A DNA stretch of 62,717 nt, the filler included, from Diploschistes diacapsis (taxonomy: Eukaryota), in the NCBI GenBank assembly GCA_023645945.1. It is 14 parts of 14 records of this genome, joined end to end, with 100 filler letters (N's around TTAATTAATTAA, not from the genome) between each part and the next. Parts side by side here need not be neighbours in the genome. Positions count along the whole stretch, not along the records: positions 25,924 to 51,322 come from JALAIB010000209.1; positions 51,423 to 54,175 come from JALAIB010002090.1; 12 more parts are not named here. One strand, 5' to 3'. A program made the translations under genes and the position numbers. Below are positions 38,864 through 52,189 of this stretch, piece after piece (the first letter of the stretch is position 1; the number at the start of each line of letters is the position of its first letter). Below the pieces are notes generated by a model. The model was not told the DNA's origin. It did not search any database and was given only the letters and a program-made list of their open reading frames with translations.

Positions 38864-41800
38864 CTACTTAATAGTCTTCAGAAGTTCTGTAGCCTCCCGC
38901 ATATCACTTTCCGCTTTTCGCAGCACGCTGTCTACCATCCGAAATTTCATTTGCACATCAGTTAGCTCTTCTCGGGCCAGCTCTTGGAGGCCATCCACTG
39001 ATATCTCGGCTGTGACATTGTCCAGCTCCTGCTCTATATCACGAATGCGATCGATTACTTCGTTGATCGTTTCGAACTTGTCCTGTGGAAGAGTGCAAGC
39101 CAGACCGACCGCCCTCTGTTGGATCTCGTCCGCCGCGGCGCTCTGAATCCGATGGCTCTCGTGAAGCTCGAGCCCTTTCGATGTAAGAAGGTCGCGCATA
39201 TCCTCGGACATAGAGTGCTGTTTACAGAGGCTTCTAAACTGGACGGTCAATCTGCCCTGCGGAGTTTTCATAAGATTTCTCTCCTCTTGGATTTTGGGGT
39301 ATACATATCGCCAGAACCGTTGAATCTTACGCACCGCCTGGGTGTGATTCTTGTCATATTCCTCTGCTGCCCCAACCGTAGGCTGAGCCTGCGTCGGATT
39401 CCGTGATCTGGAGATCGTGGAAAGGATGCTTTCAAGCGAGCAAGTCTGTACCCCGAGTTTCTGCAGCATGCCTTCGAAATAGTGGTATCCTGCAGTACGC
39501 TTAATGAGTTTAATGGCGTCTTTACCCTCGTAGATGCCATATGACTTGACCAGTTTCTCGACGAGTTCCGGAAAGGTTCGGTGTTGAAGGTGATCGGCAC
39601 TGAGAAAATGAATCTCGAAGGCCTGGTCGACGGTAAGCTTTGAAGCTCAAACCTGAATCGCTCGATTCTATTCACCTTAGAAACTTCTGCCCAAACTCCC
39701 GTCACACTGGGCAAGTCCACGCCAGTGGCCCGCAGATTTATAATAGCAACGGAGAGGAGTTCGACATTCCGTCGGTGAAGAACGCGAGACAGGTAAAAAT
39801 GTCTGCCCAAACGAAAACCCCTCCATAGGTCGGATGATGCAGACGGATCTAATTGAGATATCATCCTGGTAAAGTCCCGTGTCAGGTCCATCAAGCACCG
39901 TCTGTAGGTGTGTATGCTGTTCTCTGGCAAGGCCTCTGAAGAAAGCGATCCCTGATGTCCGACAAACCAGGGCAGATGGATATCTATCCAGGACTGGGGT
40001 ATGAGAAGACCCGTTCGACAAACCCTGAACATTAGATACAGGGCGAAGAACTCAAAAACAGTAGTCAGAGCATGAAAAGAGGTTAGATGTCTGGTATTAG
40101 TATATTGGAAGCTGGCTGAAAATTTCTTCAGGTTGGCACTAAAAGACGCGGCATTTGGATTCCAGATCTCTGCTTCAAGCGACCGAAGTCCTTGAATCAT
40201 GTGCCATTGGAACTGGCAACCAGGAGTATTACGTAACTTAAAGGATAGTGCTCTGTTGAAACGTGCTTGTACACGAAAGTCTACGGGCGGTCAGCGGATC
40301 TGTCAAGCTTGGACGGATGTTTTATGAGCGAGATACCAAAGATTTGGGACAGCTGGATTTGTTCAAATAAGGAAGACAGATCGTTCCTCTCGTTCCATTC
40401 TCGCCCCAACCTGTGGAAGAGGAGGCCTTCAATGTGTGATGCCACGATCAGAGGGCCCCGCTGGGCTCCTTGGCTTGGATTTCCTGCCAGCAGGTCGGAC
40501 TGGGCTTTGGCGATGGCTTGAGAACAGCGCTGGACGGACGAGATGAATGTCAGCTCTTGAACAAGAATTTCAAGCCAATGACGCCTTGTTCCGAGGAAGC
40601 TCCTCTGAAAACTCTCTCCCATAATCCTCTTGTAGTAAAGGACCGACGAACTGCAGAAGATCACATTAATCTTTACTAATAACGAAATAGCCGCGGTGCA
40701 GTCAGCTACCGAAAGCCCCTTATGAGACAATAGGCACGTGCCAGCGCTGAGCTTCCGACAAGAACCAAAGATCAAATAATTCACACAACGCAACGGCCAC
40801 TCCACTCTCCATAGATCCCTCGACCTCGCGTCGAAGGCGAGTATGACAGACGCTATTCGTTCAAGCAGCCATTGGGTTGCAACTCGTGGATATTCGTCGG
40901 TCCTGACTGTGGGTGCAGCCGTCCGCAACGGAGACCAGGATAGCAAGACAAAATGATTCGCTTTACGGTCGATTTCCAGGACCCCAGCAAGAAGCAGCGC
41001 GAGCGGGTTTTGGCAGCTCTGCGCTGAAGAGAGTAATTTGGCCAAATCAAGCGCGGCCTGTAAGATTCGGAAAGGGGCTTCCCGTAACTGCTTAATGCCT
41101 TTGACCAGCGGCTGGTTAAGAAGAAGGTGAAGTTCGAGGAAGTTTTTCACCAGTCCACCCTCCATGCGCTCAAACTCCCCAGACATCAACAGTTCTCGTC
41201 CCTGCGCGGCTATTCGATGGGCTGTGACCCATTCTGGAATCCTCTGGATCACGACTCCTGCAGGGTCTGATGGGGGCCGACGGACGATATCAAAGATGTC
41301 GCGGTCATTGCCTCTCCCACAGACGATGGCGCCAGCGAAGAAGTAATCGTAGGCTCGTTGAACCACTTGCACTAAGGAATCATCAGAATCGGGGCAAGCG
41401 TCGTTCTCTAGAGCATTTATGGCCTCGGCCAATTCTCCGGCCTTGAAATGCAGCAAGAAGAGCTTTTTGGCCTTCCGTTGTTCGGCGTAGAGATTTTTGA
41501 GCTGCTCACGCATCCCGTAGCTGATAAACGCTCTCTCTTGTTCGTCCGGGGTTCCAAGTAGTTTGATAGCCGGTACGAAGGATGTCGGAAGCAATCTCTC
41601 TTCCTTGAGCAAAATTACGCAGTAGCGACTGTGACGATGAAAGCAGTTTGGACTTATGTGTTGCTGGTTCTCCACGAGGTATGCCACAAGCTGATCAGTC
41701 AGGTCCCCGCGCTGGAGAGCACCCGCGGCCTTATCGTAGTTGGAAGCGGTATGATAGCAGTCCGCGGCGCTGTTGAATGAGCCTGCTCTTTCATATAATG

Positions 41801-44535
41801 ACGCAGCTTTAGCGTATTTTTTCTTCCGACGGCACAGCTCGGCCGCTTCTTCGAACTCCCCCATCCTCTCGAGGTTTCGAACTGCATCGGTGGCCAGGTC
41901 TAACTCTATGAACTTGTCGGCCGCAGTCCGGAAGTACGACCTGGCCAGCCCAGCATTGACGACGGAAGCTTGACGCCTGCCATTTTCCTCGGCAATGTAA
42001 GCGGTCGCATGTGTCTCTCCCCGTCCGTCTTTTGCTCTTCGAAAGCAGATGACAGCATCTTCATACTGCCTGCGCTGCAAGAGCTCCTGTCCTCTGCCTG
42101 ACCATCTTCCGGGATCGTACGAGACAGACCTTAAGGAGATTAGCTCTCTGAGAAAATCTGGATCCGAAGACTTCGTCACTTCAACCAAAGGTGATGACAC
42201 GTTCTGCTTTAGGAGATCTGCCACCTGAGCGGCCAATGATTCGTCGCTCTCGATGATTGAAAAGCGGATGCGGGCTCGGGTGATGGCGACATAAAAATGC
42301 TTAAGCTCGGAACACATTCCGGCATACCTTTTGGCGTCGAAGTTTTCCGGCTTGGTCTTCAGGCACCTCCAACCACCAGGGCAGGGAGAGTCAGTGAAGA
42401 AGTCCCACAGGAATACGTCTTCGAACTCCATCCCCTTGCTTTGGAGGATGGTAAGTACTAGAGCTTTATCCCCAAGTTCGGCCTGAAGTTTAGCTTTGGT
42501 ACCCGGATCGCGCACAATGATGGCCTGTTCTGCGCCGAAGTCAAGAGTCTCCTTAGGCCGGTCGGCGGAACCGGTATCACTCGATGCCAGCATTTGGGCG
42601 TTACAGCCCAGGAAGAAGACAGGTATTGGCCCATGAATCTGCCCGACTTCAGGCTCGAGCTTGTCAACCGTCTCCGGAAAGCCATCCCATAGCATCTCCA
42701 TCACTAGAGACGCAAGGCCGAGGGTCCCTTGATGCGAGCGATAATTTTTGGCCAACATGAAGAGCTGAGGTCGTGCAAGTCCAGGCTGGTTCATCAGCGA
42801 GGCTTCAGTGGCGAAGTGGTTATAAAACAATGCCTTAATATCCTGAAAGCGGAAATGCGAATCTTGCGAGATGGTTTGGGCCGTGTCCCCAGCCAAATGA
42901 AACGCGCGACCGTCTTTGACCATGCTCAGCAACAACTCGATCTCGAGGCATCGCAAGTCTTGTACCTCGTCGACATAGATCTCGTCGAATGAGGCTCCAA
43001 GGTAATCCTGCAAGTTCTGGTTCTCCCTTACCGCCATGATCGCCTTTACTACCCGATCCACGTCGTCCGACTCGTGCCGATGAAGTTTCAAAGCCTGGTA
43101 CTTTTCGAATATATCATATATCCGCGACTTTTCGGTTTCGAGGGTAAAGGCTGGGGCCAATCTGCTGCTCAGCTGCAAATATTCGTTGCGTGTAAGGGGA
43201 TCGAGCGTTTCTCGCGAGGATAAGGAGCCCTTGATTACTCCCATGATCTCGGCAAAAGCGAGCTCGACTGGGAGTTTCGCGGTAAGAGTGGCAGGAAGTC
43301 TGGGCCAATAATCCAACTTGAAGGACTGAAAGTCCACGAAGCGGGGGGGCTCGTCTTTGCCTGATGGATGCCAGCGTGGATACTCATCCTCCGATGGGTC
43401 CGACCGTTCGTGCTCCTGCGCATCACCGTCGTTGTTGACGATAGGGAAACCTTCCCGATCCACGTTTCTAATGGTGTTCTCCAAAAGCTCTAAAAGTCGA
43501 GCAAATGTGCAAACAATGGGGAACGAGCCATCTTCCAGTTCAAAAATCGTTTCGCACTGGTCTTCGTTATCCTCGGCACTCGGCAGTGAAAGCTCTCTTT
43601 CATGATGCTCGCCTTCGTCGGCAGAACTCACGGCCAGGGTTCTCATCAGCCTGTTGATATAGTCTTTGAGTTTATTGGCGAGCTCATTCGATCTTGTAAG
43701 GAGCAATTGCCTTGGCGATCGCTCTGGCGTGACGGCAGAACCCGCTGCGTACTTTGCGAGTAGCTTGAACACAAGGCAGGTCGTCTTCCCTGTACCGCTC
43801 CGACCTAAGATCAGACTGGAGGTACTTTGGTGAAGGATAATGCGTGTTTCGTCCCCAGAAAAATCGAATGGGAACTCTGCCAGGAGGTCGTGGGCGAGAA
43901 CCGAGCGAAGCATCGGTTCGGTGAGTGTGTAAAACCGGTTGGCCATCTCGAGAACTTCTCGGTCAACCGTCCGGATGTCCAGCATCTCTACAGTCTCTCC
44001 AGGCCCCGCAGCATCTTGATAGCCAGTGAAGAGAGTGGGACTGGTATTTTTTTCGCCGTCGTCTAATGGCCTATGGCGACATCGCGTGACATGCTCAATC
44101 GAATACGATTTCTGAAGTAGGATGATATGGTCAATGGGTCGTGATATCTCCGTCTTCGTACCGATCTCCCAAACCTTCACCAGCTGGCTCTCCGCCTGAG
44201 CCATGTCGTCAAATGCAACATCGATTTGCCACAGAATCAGGATCTGTGAGTTGCACTGTGTGACAGCAAGAGGAACCTGAAGCCTCTTCCTCTGATTTTC
44301 AGCACCGGCCAGGCGGTAAGACCACGACCCGGAGGCCAAATCGCGCAGCTTCTCTTCAATGGGCCCGAAATTCCCTATTTGCTTCTGTCAGCACTGCTAT
44401 CTGGGAGCCAGTGGTACGCAAGAGAGCCAGACCCGAGCGACCTATGCTCTGGATGCTCTTAAGGGCCTTTGGAGAAAGAAGAACCTTCCAGTTCCCTGGC
44501 CTCTCTCCCAAAATCTCAAGCCCCTTTTCAGACAT
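38864..44535 (-). CDS. TRANK1/LBA1-like UvrD (SF1) helicase with TPR-like repeats, ~1850 aa; approximate exons 44535-44436, 44376-40337, 40280-39676 and 39622-38864
   Basis: Walker A GRSGTGKTT, Walker B IYVDEVQD, AGDTAQTI, LAKNYRSH, TILQSKGMEFEDV and ELKHFYVAITRAR; FAEIMGVIKGS; TPR/SNAP-like helices; IQ-like AVRKIQRFWR. The introns restore the frame between the three listed ORFs. Confidence 0.9.
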
Positions 44536-47199
44536 TTGTGGAAGCTTTTGCGTGGCGAAGGCTAAAATGGTCTCAATGAAAGTGCAGTGTAGGCTTGAGA
44601 GGTACCCTTAGGGCGGTCGGAGGAAAAATAGGAGATTTGGTTCTGTAGGCATGGTGGGGATAACTGATGTTTGCTTTCTTTATTGGCCCTGGTTGCCACA
44701 CACCATGCGCTAACGTCGGTATGCGCTCGCCAAACAAGAGATAAGATATCTGGACCAATATGGGGAAGTTTTTAGCCCGGGAGGTCACATTGCCCAAATT
44801 GTGCACTAGTTTCGGTACCGGTTCTCTTCCCAGGATGGACCAATGTTGCGCTGCTGGCTGTGGTGGGCTCAACTCAATGGGGGAGACCTGCCAAGGTAAC
44901 GCGGAATAGTGGATCATGTTCTCGCTCGTAAGCCCGTGCTCCATGTTGCTAAGCGAGAGTCTGGACACCCAGTCTCGGTGAAATCAAGCATAATTAATTA
45001 ATGACCACCTCTCTCTCTCTGTAAGTTTGGCATCCATTGCTCAGACCAATCAGCTCTGACTAGTTGGGCTAAGCCCCTTTTGGGTGTCAGCGGCTGACAA
45101 CATGCTCTGTCAGGCTGAGGGATTCAGTGTTTGCGTCCGTAAAACAGTCGATTCAAAAAATGGTTTTTAATATGGGTAAAAAACTTTTTGGCGTACATGG
45201 AGTGAATATGCTCAGAGTGTTTAAGATGTTGAAAGTAAACAAACCCCGATAAACCCTAAATATTAGCGTCGATCGAAATGCTGCTCGATTTTAACTTTAA
45301 AATCTTTGAACCATCGCGTACCCATTTTGAAGCATTCCGTATTGGGGATATTTTGTATGTGGGGGGGGTATGACAAGGCCCCGATGAAGCTCCGTAGGGG
45401 GGCCAAAAGGGTACTGGGGGAATACGCAATCTGGGAGAAATCGTAGATAGGGGTTGGCGGCCGCAGTAAGCGGGCTTGGGGAGTGCTGGTGGTTGCCGGA
45501 GGTGCTGGAGTAACGTTGGTTTAGACGTTGATTTCTTAATCGAAAAGGTCTAAATGCGCTGCTTCAAAAAAGCTTCGAAAAGCTGCCTCGGAAAGCTGGC
45601 TTCAAAAAGGTTCCTTCATCGCGCTAAAGTAAGTAACTAGCGTGGAGAGTCTTATATTACGGTAAAGTAACGCTAAATTAGCGTAAATCCTTGTTTAAAA
45701 TGGGGTTCGTTTCAGTAAAGCGAAGTTCAATTCGCCCCGGCTTCTTATAGCAGCTGACAGTTTGAGCGAAGCCCGACGCGCGGCGCGCGCTTGTAATTCT
45801 TTTCAAATCGTAACATCTGACATAACAACGTAAGTTTTCCTTGGGGATTCTTTGACAAACTCTGCATGGTAGGAGCAAGAGCATTACTGGGACTGGCACG
45901 GACGACTTTTGTGCTAGACTTATTTCCGAGGGGACAGAAGGAGTGTCTTTGCGGTACGCACTCGGGGGCCGGAGACTGGCTTCTGTTGTGCGATGCGCGA
46001 GGCGGGAACAGGGAGAGTGGATGGGGGTTCACGATGCAGAAGATCCCCCCAGCCATTCAGTCAGCGGCATGTCAGGAGGATGGAATCGACTACTATTCTC
46101 AGTAACCGAGCTCCATGCCGTCGCCGCCCACATAAACTAACCGTGACATCGGGACCAGACCCTAACAAGAACCCGGTCTCTGCCCGAAAATACCCATCGC
46201 CTCCAACAAGCGACGGCACAACCCCTGCGGCATGCCTCCTTCTAGAACCAAGCCCATAACAGCCTTTAGCGTCTCCCTCCCCGCCTAAACCCCTGTCATT
46301 CCTCTGGACCATTCCACCGCCACGCCGGCGACCCTGTCCCCCGCCTTTCGTTATCGCAACAAACACCCAGCAACTTCCGCGTTTCCTCCTGCAACCTCTG
46401 CCTGTTTCTCCTAGCGTCGCGGCCAGCTGCTTTCGCCGTGCCTTGTTCATTAAGCTCCTGCATCTTCTCCCGAACCCGACTTCGTGCCGCGCTCAACATT
46501 GTCTCGCGCCGTATCGTCTCTTCGAGAGATCTAGCGGCGGTTTTGTTAGTGGCTGGACCAAGATAGAGAAGGGATAAATGGGCGGGAAAAAAAACCACAT
46601 GTACCTCAATTCTAACCTTACGCTTGTCCTCGCCCTCTTCCTCGACCGAAGTATTGCTGACGGTATCGTCCGGAGCCTGGGGCGTACTGGTTATGAAGTC
46701 TTGTTCCACATCGAAACGCACCCACCGCTGGCGATGAGATGTGTCGGTCCGGCCGCTATAAGAGCGGTGACTGGGGGCACCTCGGATGTCCCTTGGGTAC
46801 TCATGCTTGAAGGGTGGGGAAAGGGCTGGATTGTCCGCCAACGGTGGGCGGTCGAGAAGAATCACCAGCAAGTGTTTCCAACGAATTTTTAGATGGTGGG
46901 GCCCGGCGTGACCTTTTTGAGTTCGCCAAACGGACCATGAGAAATTAAATATTTCCTCGTTCGCTCCGCTCGGGGAGATGGTTCCGGCGTCGACATCGCG
47001 TTGCGGTTTAGCTGTGGGTCATGCGAGCTTCCGACTGAGAAAAGAAGGAATATGCCAAACCCCCGGCGGTGCCGTAGCACGCCCCTTCTGCCCCCCCCTT
47101 TTCTGTGCGGGGTTGAAGTCCGAGTCCGACTGCAACGGGTAATCACTAGACGACATCGGAGCGGCACGGAACGGATTGGAGAAGAGCCATGCAGGCTTG

Positions 47200-47610
47200 C
47201 TGTCTGACGTGGCTACCATCTATGCATGGATATTGGTCCACCACAATCCTACAGGTAAAGCCCTTGCTAGTGGCGAGAAAGTTTGCGTAGCGACTCGCGC
47301 CCCATCATCGTCGCGAGTCGAGCAATTCCATCAACTCGTCCCGTTTGCGAAACCTGTCCCCCACCGCGACGCCGACATGGTCCTCAAAATGCTCGCACAG
47401 CACGCAACCCTCCAATTCCTCCGGCGGTTGCCGAAACGTATTGCCGGTGTTGTGACCATAAGGCCAGACCAGATCGCTCACAACCCTGCACATGAACACA
47501 TCGTTATCCAGCGCGCCCTCTTTGCGATAGCTCCGCAGTCCTCACAGCGCGTTATCCGGTCCGGCTATAACCATGGCCCTCGAGAACGGGTGCCAGCGTA
47601 GCGAGCCGTT
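47200..47610 (-). pseudogene. Degenerate coding remnant of unknown family
   Basis: One protein-like frame (LRWHPFSRAMV...NAL*GLRSY...SDLVWPYGHNTG...ELMELLDSRR*WGASRY) broken by two TGA codons. Confidence 0.35.
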
Positions 47611-48661
47611 CTTATTCTCGTCTCTGAGATTGATAGAGAAGGTCTGTATTCCGGGGAATTTGTCCTCCGCTTTGGTTTCAAGTCGCGAGTCGGCCGGCGT
47701 GATCACGGTATTCTCCCTTGTGAATTGACCCGCGAGTGTTTTGAGCCGAGTGCTTCGGTTTCAGGCTGGGATGGGACTGAAAGGAGCTGGGGGATAAAAA
47801 ACAATTACCATTGCATTCTTCTGAAAACCCTCTCGTGCACTTCAGCCCATGTCAATATCCATGTCAATATCTTACAGCTGTTGCGGTAGTGCCGTGATCA
47901 AAGAAAGGTATCTCCAAGTCCTCGACTCCACATCAAGCCAGCAGAGGTACATCTCTCTCTCCATGTTCAAGAGCAGTCTCACTGTCCATTGCATGTCTCG
48001 CCAGTCCTTCTGTCACCCGGGCAGTCCCGGGATCCACCGCGGCCATACTGAACAGGGAGAAGCCCCCGAACCCTCCTTTCTGGCACCGCGGCTATTCTCT
48101 CGCGATAACGCTGGCTTGCTGCTGCTCTCCCTGTCCCGAGCTTTTAGACCGACTGATCAGTCACCATCTATTGCACAGGCCTTGCTTAGTGTATAAGTTC
48201 ACGAAACCCCGAAAAGTTTTTGTTCTCAGGCATGAAGTTGAGCCAAAAACATGATATTTATATTTAGCCAAACTGTAGTAATCCTCCTGCTGCTGCTACC
48301 TAGCCAAGGTACTTATCGTCATTTGAGTCAAAGACTGAAACATAGTTGGAGATAAACTTGAAGATGAAGCGAGGTTCCAACAAAAAGAACTATCTGGACG
48401 TTTCCATGAGGTCATGAGAGCGAGTGCTGTTCCAAAGCCTCGCCGCAAAGTTGAGGGTAAGTGTCATCCCATCCGCGGACGAGTCCACGACAAGAGGGGG
48501 ACAAAAACAAAAGCACTCGCTTAAATGCTGGAATGTAGGATTGACGTCATTGAAACCCTAACGGGGTTTGTCGAAAGGACGCGTCTTCAACGTCCGCGTA
48601 TAGTATGTTGGTGTTGTATTCGTATACGTCAAGCTCAGAATTAAACAATCGCTCTTCCTGA

Positions 48662-51322
48662 ATGATAATGTCAGTTCAACATGTCGATACAGGTTCTTCA
48701 AATAAAGCAACGCTTGGCGCAACCATTCCGCTATCGGAGGTATCTCTCAATACACTGGGAAACACAGGACATGCCTCGAGGAAACGAAAGTTGTCAGAAA
48801 CACATCAGGATAGCAATGGGCTTGGAGACGTCATCTCAATACATGTGAGCTTCAGTAAAGTGTGATCAGACGTGTTTACCTCTCTAATCGATCTTCTGGC
48901 AGTACTCCTCGGACAATAAAGAACCGATCATTTTGAAACCCTGCCAACTTATCGATCGTTCTGCCATTCCTTTTGCCTGTATTGCCACGAGTACCATCTC
49001 TAGTTTCACCTCACAAGGGTCTGCATTATTTTCAGCTTACATACGGTCATTGGAACAAGATTCGGAAACTATAGAGGGGGGAGACGTCAAAGTTCTTATA
49101 GCACAATCTCTGAAAAATGAGCAGTATTTTGCTATCGAGAGATTAAAAAGAGGTATATATGCACTGTGCGCGTTGGCCAAGTGGGTTTCACAAGACTGTC
49201 TCCGCCGGAGCGTGGTAAGGAGGCATAGGCTGAGCGCACAAGATGCCGTACCAGAATCACAAAATGGGCCTTGGTGGAAAGCTGCGACGATATCACGAGC
49301 ACACACACAGAAGCAGCAGGAGGAACTACTCAAACCGTCCCTTCTACGACTCTCTATGAAGTCTCGCCCAGCTTTTCAGACTATTCCGAAGCCTGATCCC
49401 GGAGTCCTAACCGAAGCTATGTCTGTATCGATGGAAAAACCGCCGATGCCTGCAACTGTACCCCCACTGCAGGATCCTCAGTCCGAGGCTGCCGATCACA
49501 GCCACTATAATGCAATTGGGGATCTTGGACCACAGTACTTGGAGACGCTATACTTGTCTCGCGCACCGTTAGCATACTTTGTCAAGGGCCCTCTGTCGAG
49601 AGCGCGGGTAGAGCATCAATCAACAGATGCAGTAACGAGCGAGGGATTGAGCTTGCCAGAGGCACTGCGCTCCCATATACTTCCCTTCAAGGAGAAGGGC
49701 AGCGTTGCCAAGATAGATAAGAAATATGCTACCGCAATACCGGAGCTGATCCGGCAGATACCTCCTGGCGCAACAGCAGAAGATGATGGGAGTTACCTGA
49801 AGGCCGCTCTCGGTGGAAAAATCAGAAAATCCAAGAAGAGGAAGAGAATCAACCCGGATGGTTTTCTGCCCAATGAAGAGGATAGTGTCGTCAGGTGGTG
49901 GATTGCCAGAGAGACGGCAGATCCAGAGGGAGATGCACATGAGACACAGGAGAAGCGGATTAAGAGTGCATGCTTGAATCAAAAGCCTCGTGAAATGCAG
50001 CTACAGATCATCCTCATCCTCGAAATTTTGGCCCTAGAACAACAGGTGTACAGCAACGGTCAAGCTCTGAGGTCCGATATCTATGAAGACCTAGAGATAA
50101 CATCTCGTGCGTCTTCAAAGAAGAACAATAAGCCAACAGACCTCTCGAAAGCTCTGGATATCCTGCTCGAAAAGCTTCAGATATGGGAAACAACTAATCA
50201 GGGATTACTGGATATAGGAACGGAGATCAATTCGGCGAGTTCGAAGAGCAAGAGAAAGAATCATACATCCAACTCCAGTGACGACAGCCTCCGAAACTTT
50301 TGCACGGAGGTTATCATACCATTGTAAGAGGAGAATAGTTGTTCACAAGTCACTAGCTAATTTTCTACAGCTATGGACCTCGCATGCCCGACCTCACACG
50401 ATCCATCTGCCAGAAACTCGGCGCCGCCATTCCCTCCCCTCCCAGAAAGCCTCTCAGCCGCTCCCTATCCTCAACCAAAATTACCTCCACACCCGGGACA
50501 CCCGCCCTTTCCCGACGCCCATTAACCCGTGTTCTTACTGAAGGCAACCGCGCCTCCCGCAAACCCTCCATCTCCCGCTCCGCAACCGAACCCTCCCTCC
50601 CCATCATAAAGCAGGAACTCCTTCAAGACGCCAGTGCCCCCGTCCGCCGTCAAAGCCTCCAGCAGATCCGGCGCTACACTCAACGCGAAGTCGATCTAGC
50701 CGCAGAAGCAAAAGCCACCGAAGCGAAGCTCAAGCGCAAGATGGCCCTCGAGCAGGAGGTCAAGGGGGCAATCGACATGCTCAAGCGCCCGAACGCGCGG
50801 ATGGCGGTGAGAGAGTTTGTGGAGGCATCGGATCGGAGAAATGCGGAGAAAGGGGGAAAGGGTCGGAAGAGCCAGAACCCCGTGTTCAACCCGTTTGCTG
50901 CTACGGCTGGGGGCGTACAGGTTATGGCAACGCCGAAGGCGAACAGGAGGGGTGATTTCCGGGTGGGTGCGATTGCGCAGGTCGAGGCGCAGGCGCCCGA
51001 GCCCGCGGTCGACGTCGTTACCCCATCCAGCGATCCGAGGATCCCATCGTCATCTATCAAACACCGACAAAAGCCCAGCATTCCCTCAGCCTCAGCCCTC
51101 TCCAAACCCGCGCCCAAAAACACTCTAAGTTCTCAGGCCATATCCAGCACCCCGCACAAACCAACCCCACCGCACGTCCTTCCCACCCTCCACGAGTCCT
51201 CAATAGAAGCAACACCATCCCGCCCTCGCACCCTTCCTCGCTCCCGCACGGTCCACTTCCCCGCCCAACCCACCATCACCAGCACCTCTCTCCTCGAACC
51301 CTGCGAGAACGAAAGGGATGAA
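48662..51322 (+). CDS. SLD3: DNA replication regulator Sld3; exons 48662-48844, 48903-50323 and 50371->51322 (3' truncated)
   Basis: QYLETLYLSRAPLAYFVKGPLSRAR, REMQLQIILILEILAL and LRNFCTEVIIPFY; S/TP-rich tail; canonical introns. Confidence 0.92.
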
Positions 51323-51621
51323 NNNNNNNNNNNNNNNNNNNNNNNNNNNNNNNNNNNNNNNNNNNNTTAATTAATTAANNNNNNNNNNNNNNNNNNNNNN
51401 NNNNNNNNNNNNNNNNNNNNNNGGGTTTGTGGGAGGGCGGAGAAGGATGTGCCTGGTGGAGAAATCAGTTCTGTGTCTAGTAGGTAGCGCAGTAGGAACG
51501 GAGGCGGAGTATGAGGAGGGAAGAGGAGGGATGGGTATGGAAGATCAGGGCGAAGGGCTGAGCAGCACGTACTGTTCAGTACTCCGTCCGCGGAGCTTAG
51601 CGTAGCGGGAGGATGTGATAC

Positions 51622-51708
51622 CTGAGAAGTAGCCAGTGCGCGTGCGCGTGGATGGCGAGAGAGGGAGAAGAGGGGGCGCGGGACGAAGGCGCGGGAGAAA
51701 GTTGCCAT
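51622..51708 (-). CDS. First exon of a probable mitochondrially targeted protein (rest off contig)
   Basis: MATFSRAFVPRPLFSLSRHPRARALATSQ is Arg/Ser-rich with no acidic residues, and is followed by a GTATCA donor. Confidence 0.55.
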
Positions 51709-52189
51709 TCTCATCGCTGTTGCTGGATGATGGGTGCTGGGGTAGGGTCGAGGTTAGCGGAATAAAAAAGTTATTCGGTCGCATACTTAGGCGTGCTGAA
51801 ATCTTGCGGACTTTGACAGGAAGCTCTTGATGCCAAGCTTTTGAACCGTATTGAAGGGCTTGGCATATGCACTCGGCTTTACGACGAGTTGTTCGCCTCT
51901 ATCTCGATGGCCGTCTTGGAGGTTAGTGTCCATGAATACTCCAGAATTAGATGCTGCTCGACTTAGCATAACCATACGTCAATCTTTTGTTTGGGACCGG
52001 TAAGTTTGGGGTGGCTAGACTAGACTACAGGCGGTATATCTAGCACCATGCTTCAACAAATCCTGGGAGTACATCCGTGCAGCAGCAGACAAGCGCAAAG
52101 CTTTGCTCCAAGCCATGAATGCTCCAGCCGATGTTATTGAAGAATACGGCTATACACTAACTTCCTACTCTAAGCACCTTCCCTCCCCT

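Noticed and set aside
30700..48600. Starship element
   Set aside because: No DUF3435 captain ORF or terminal repeat could be identified by eye.
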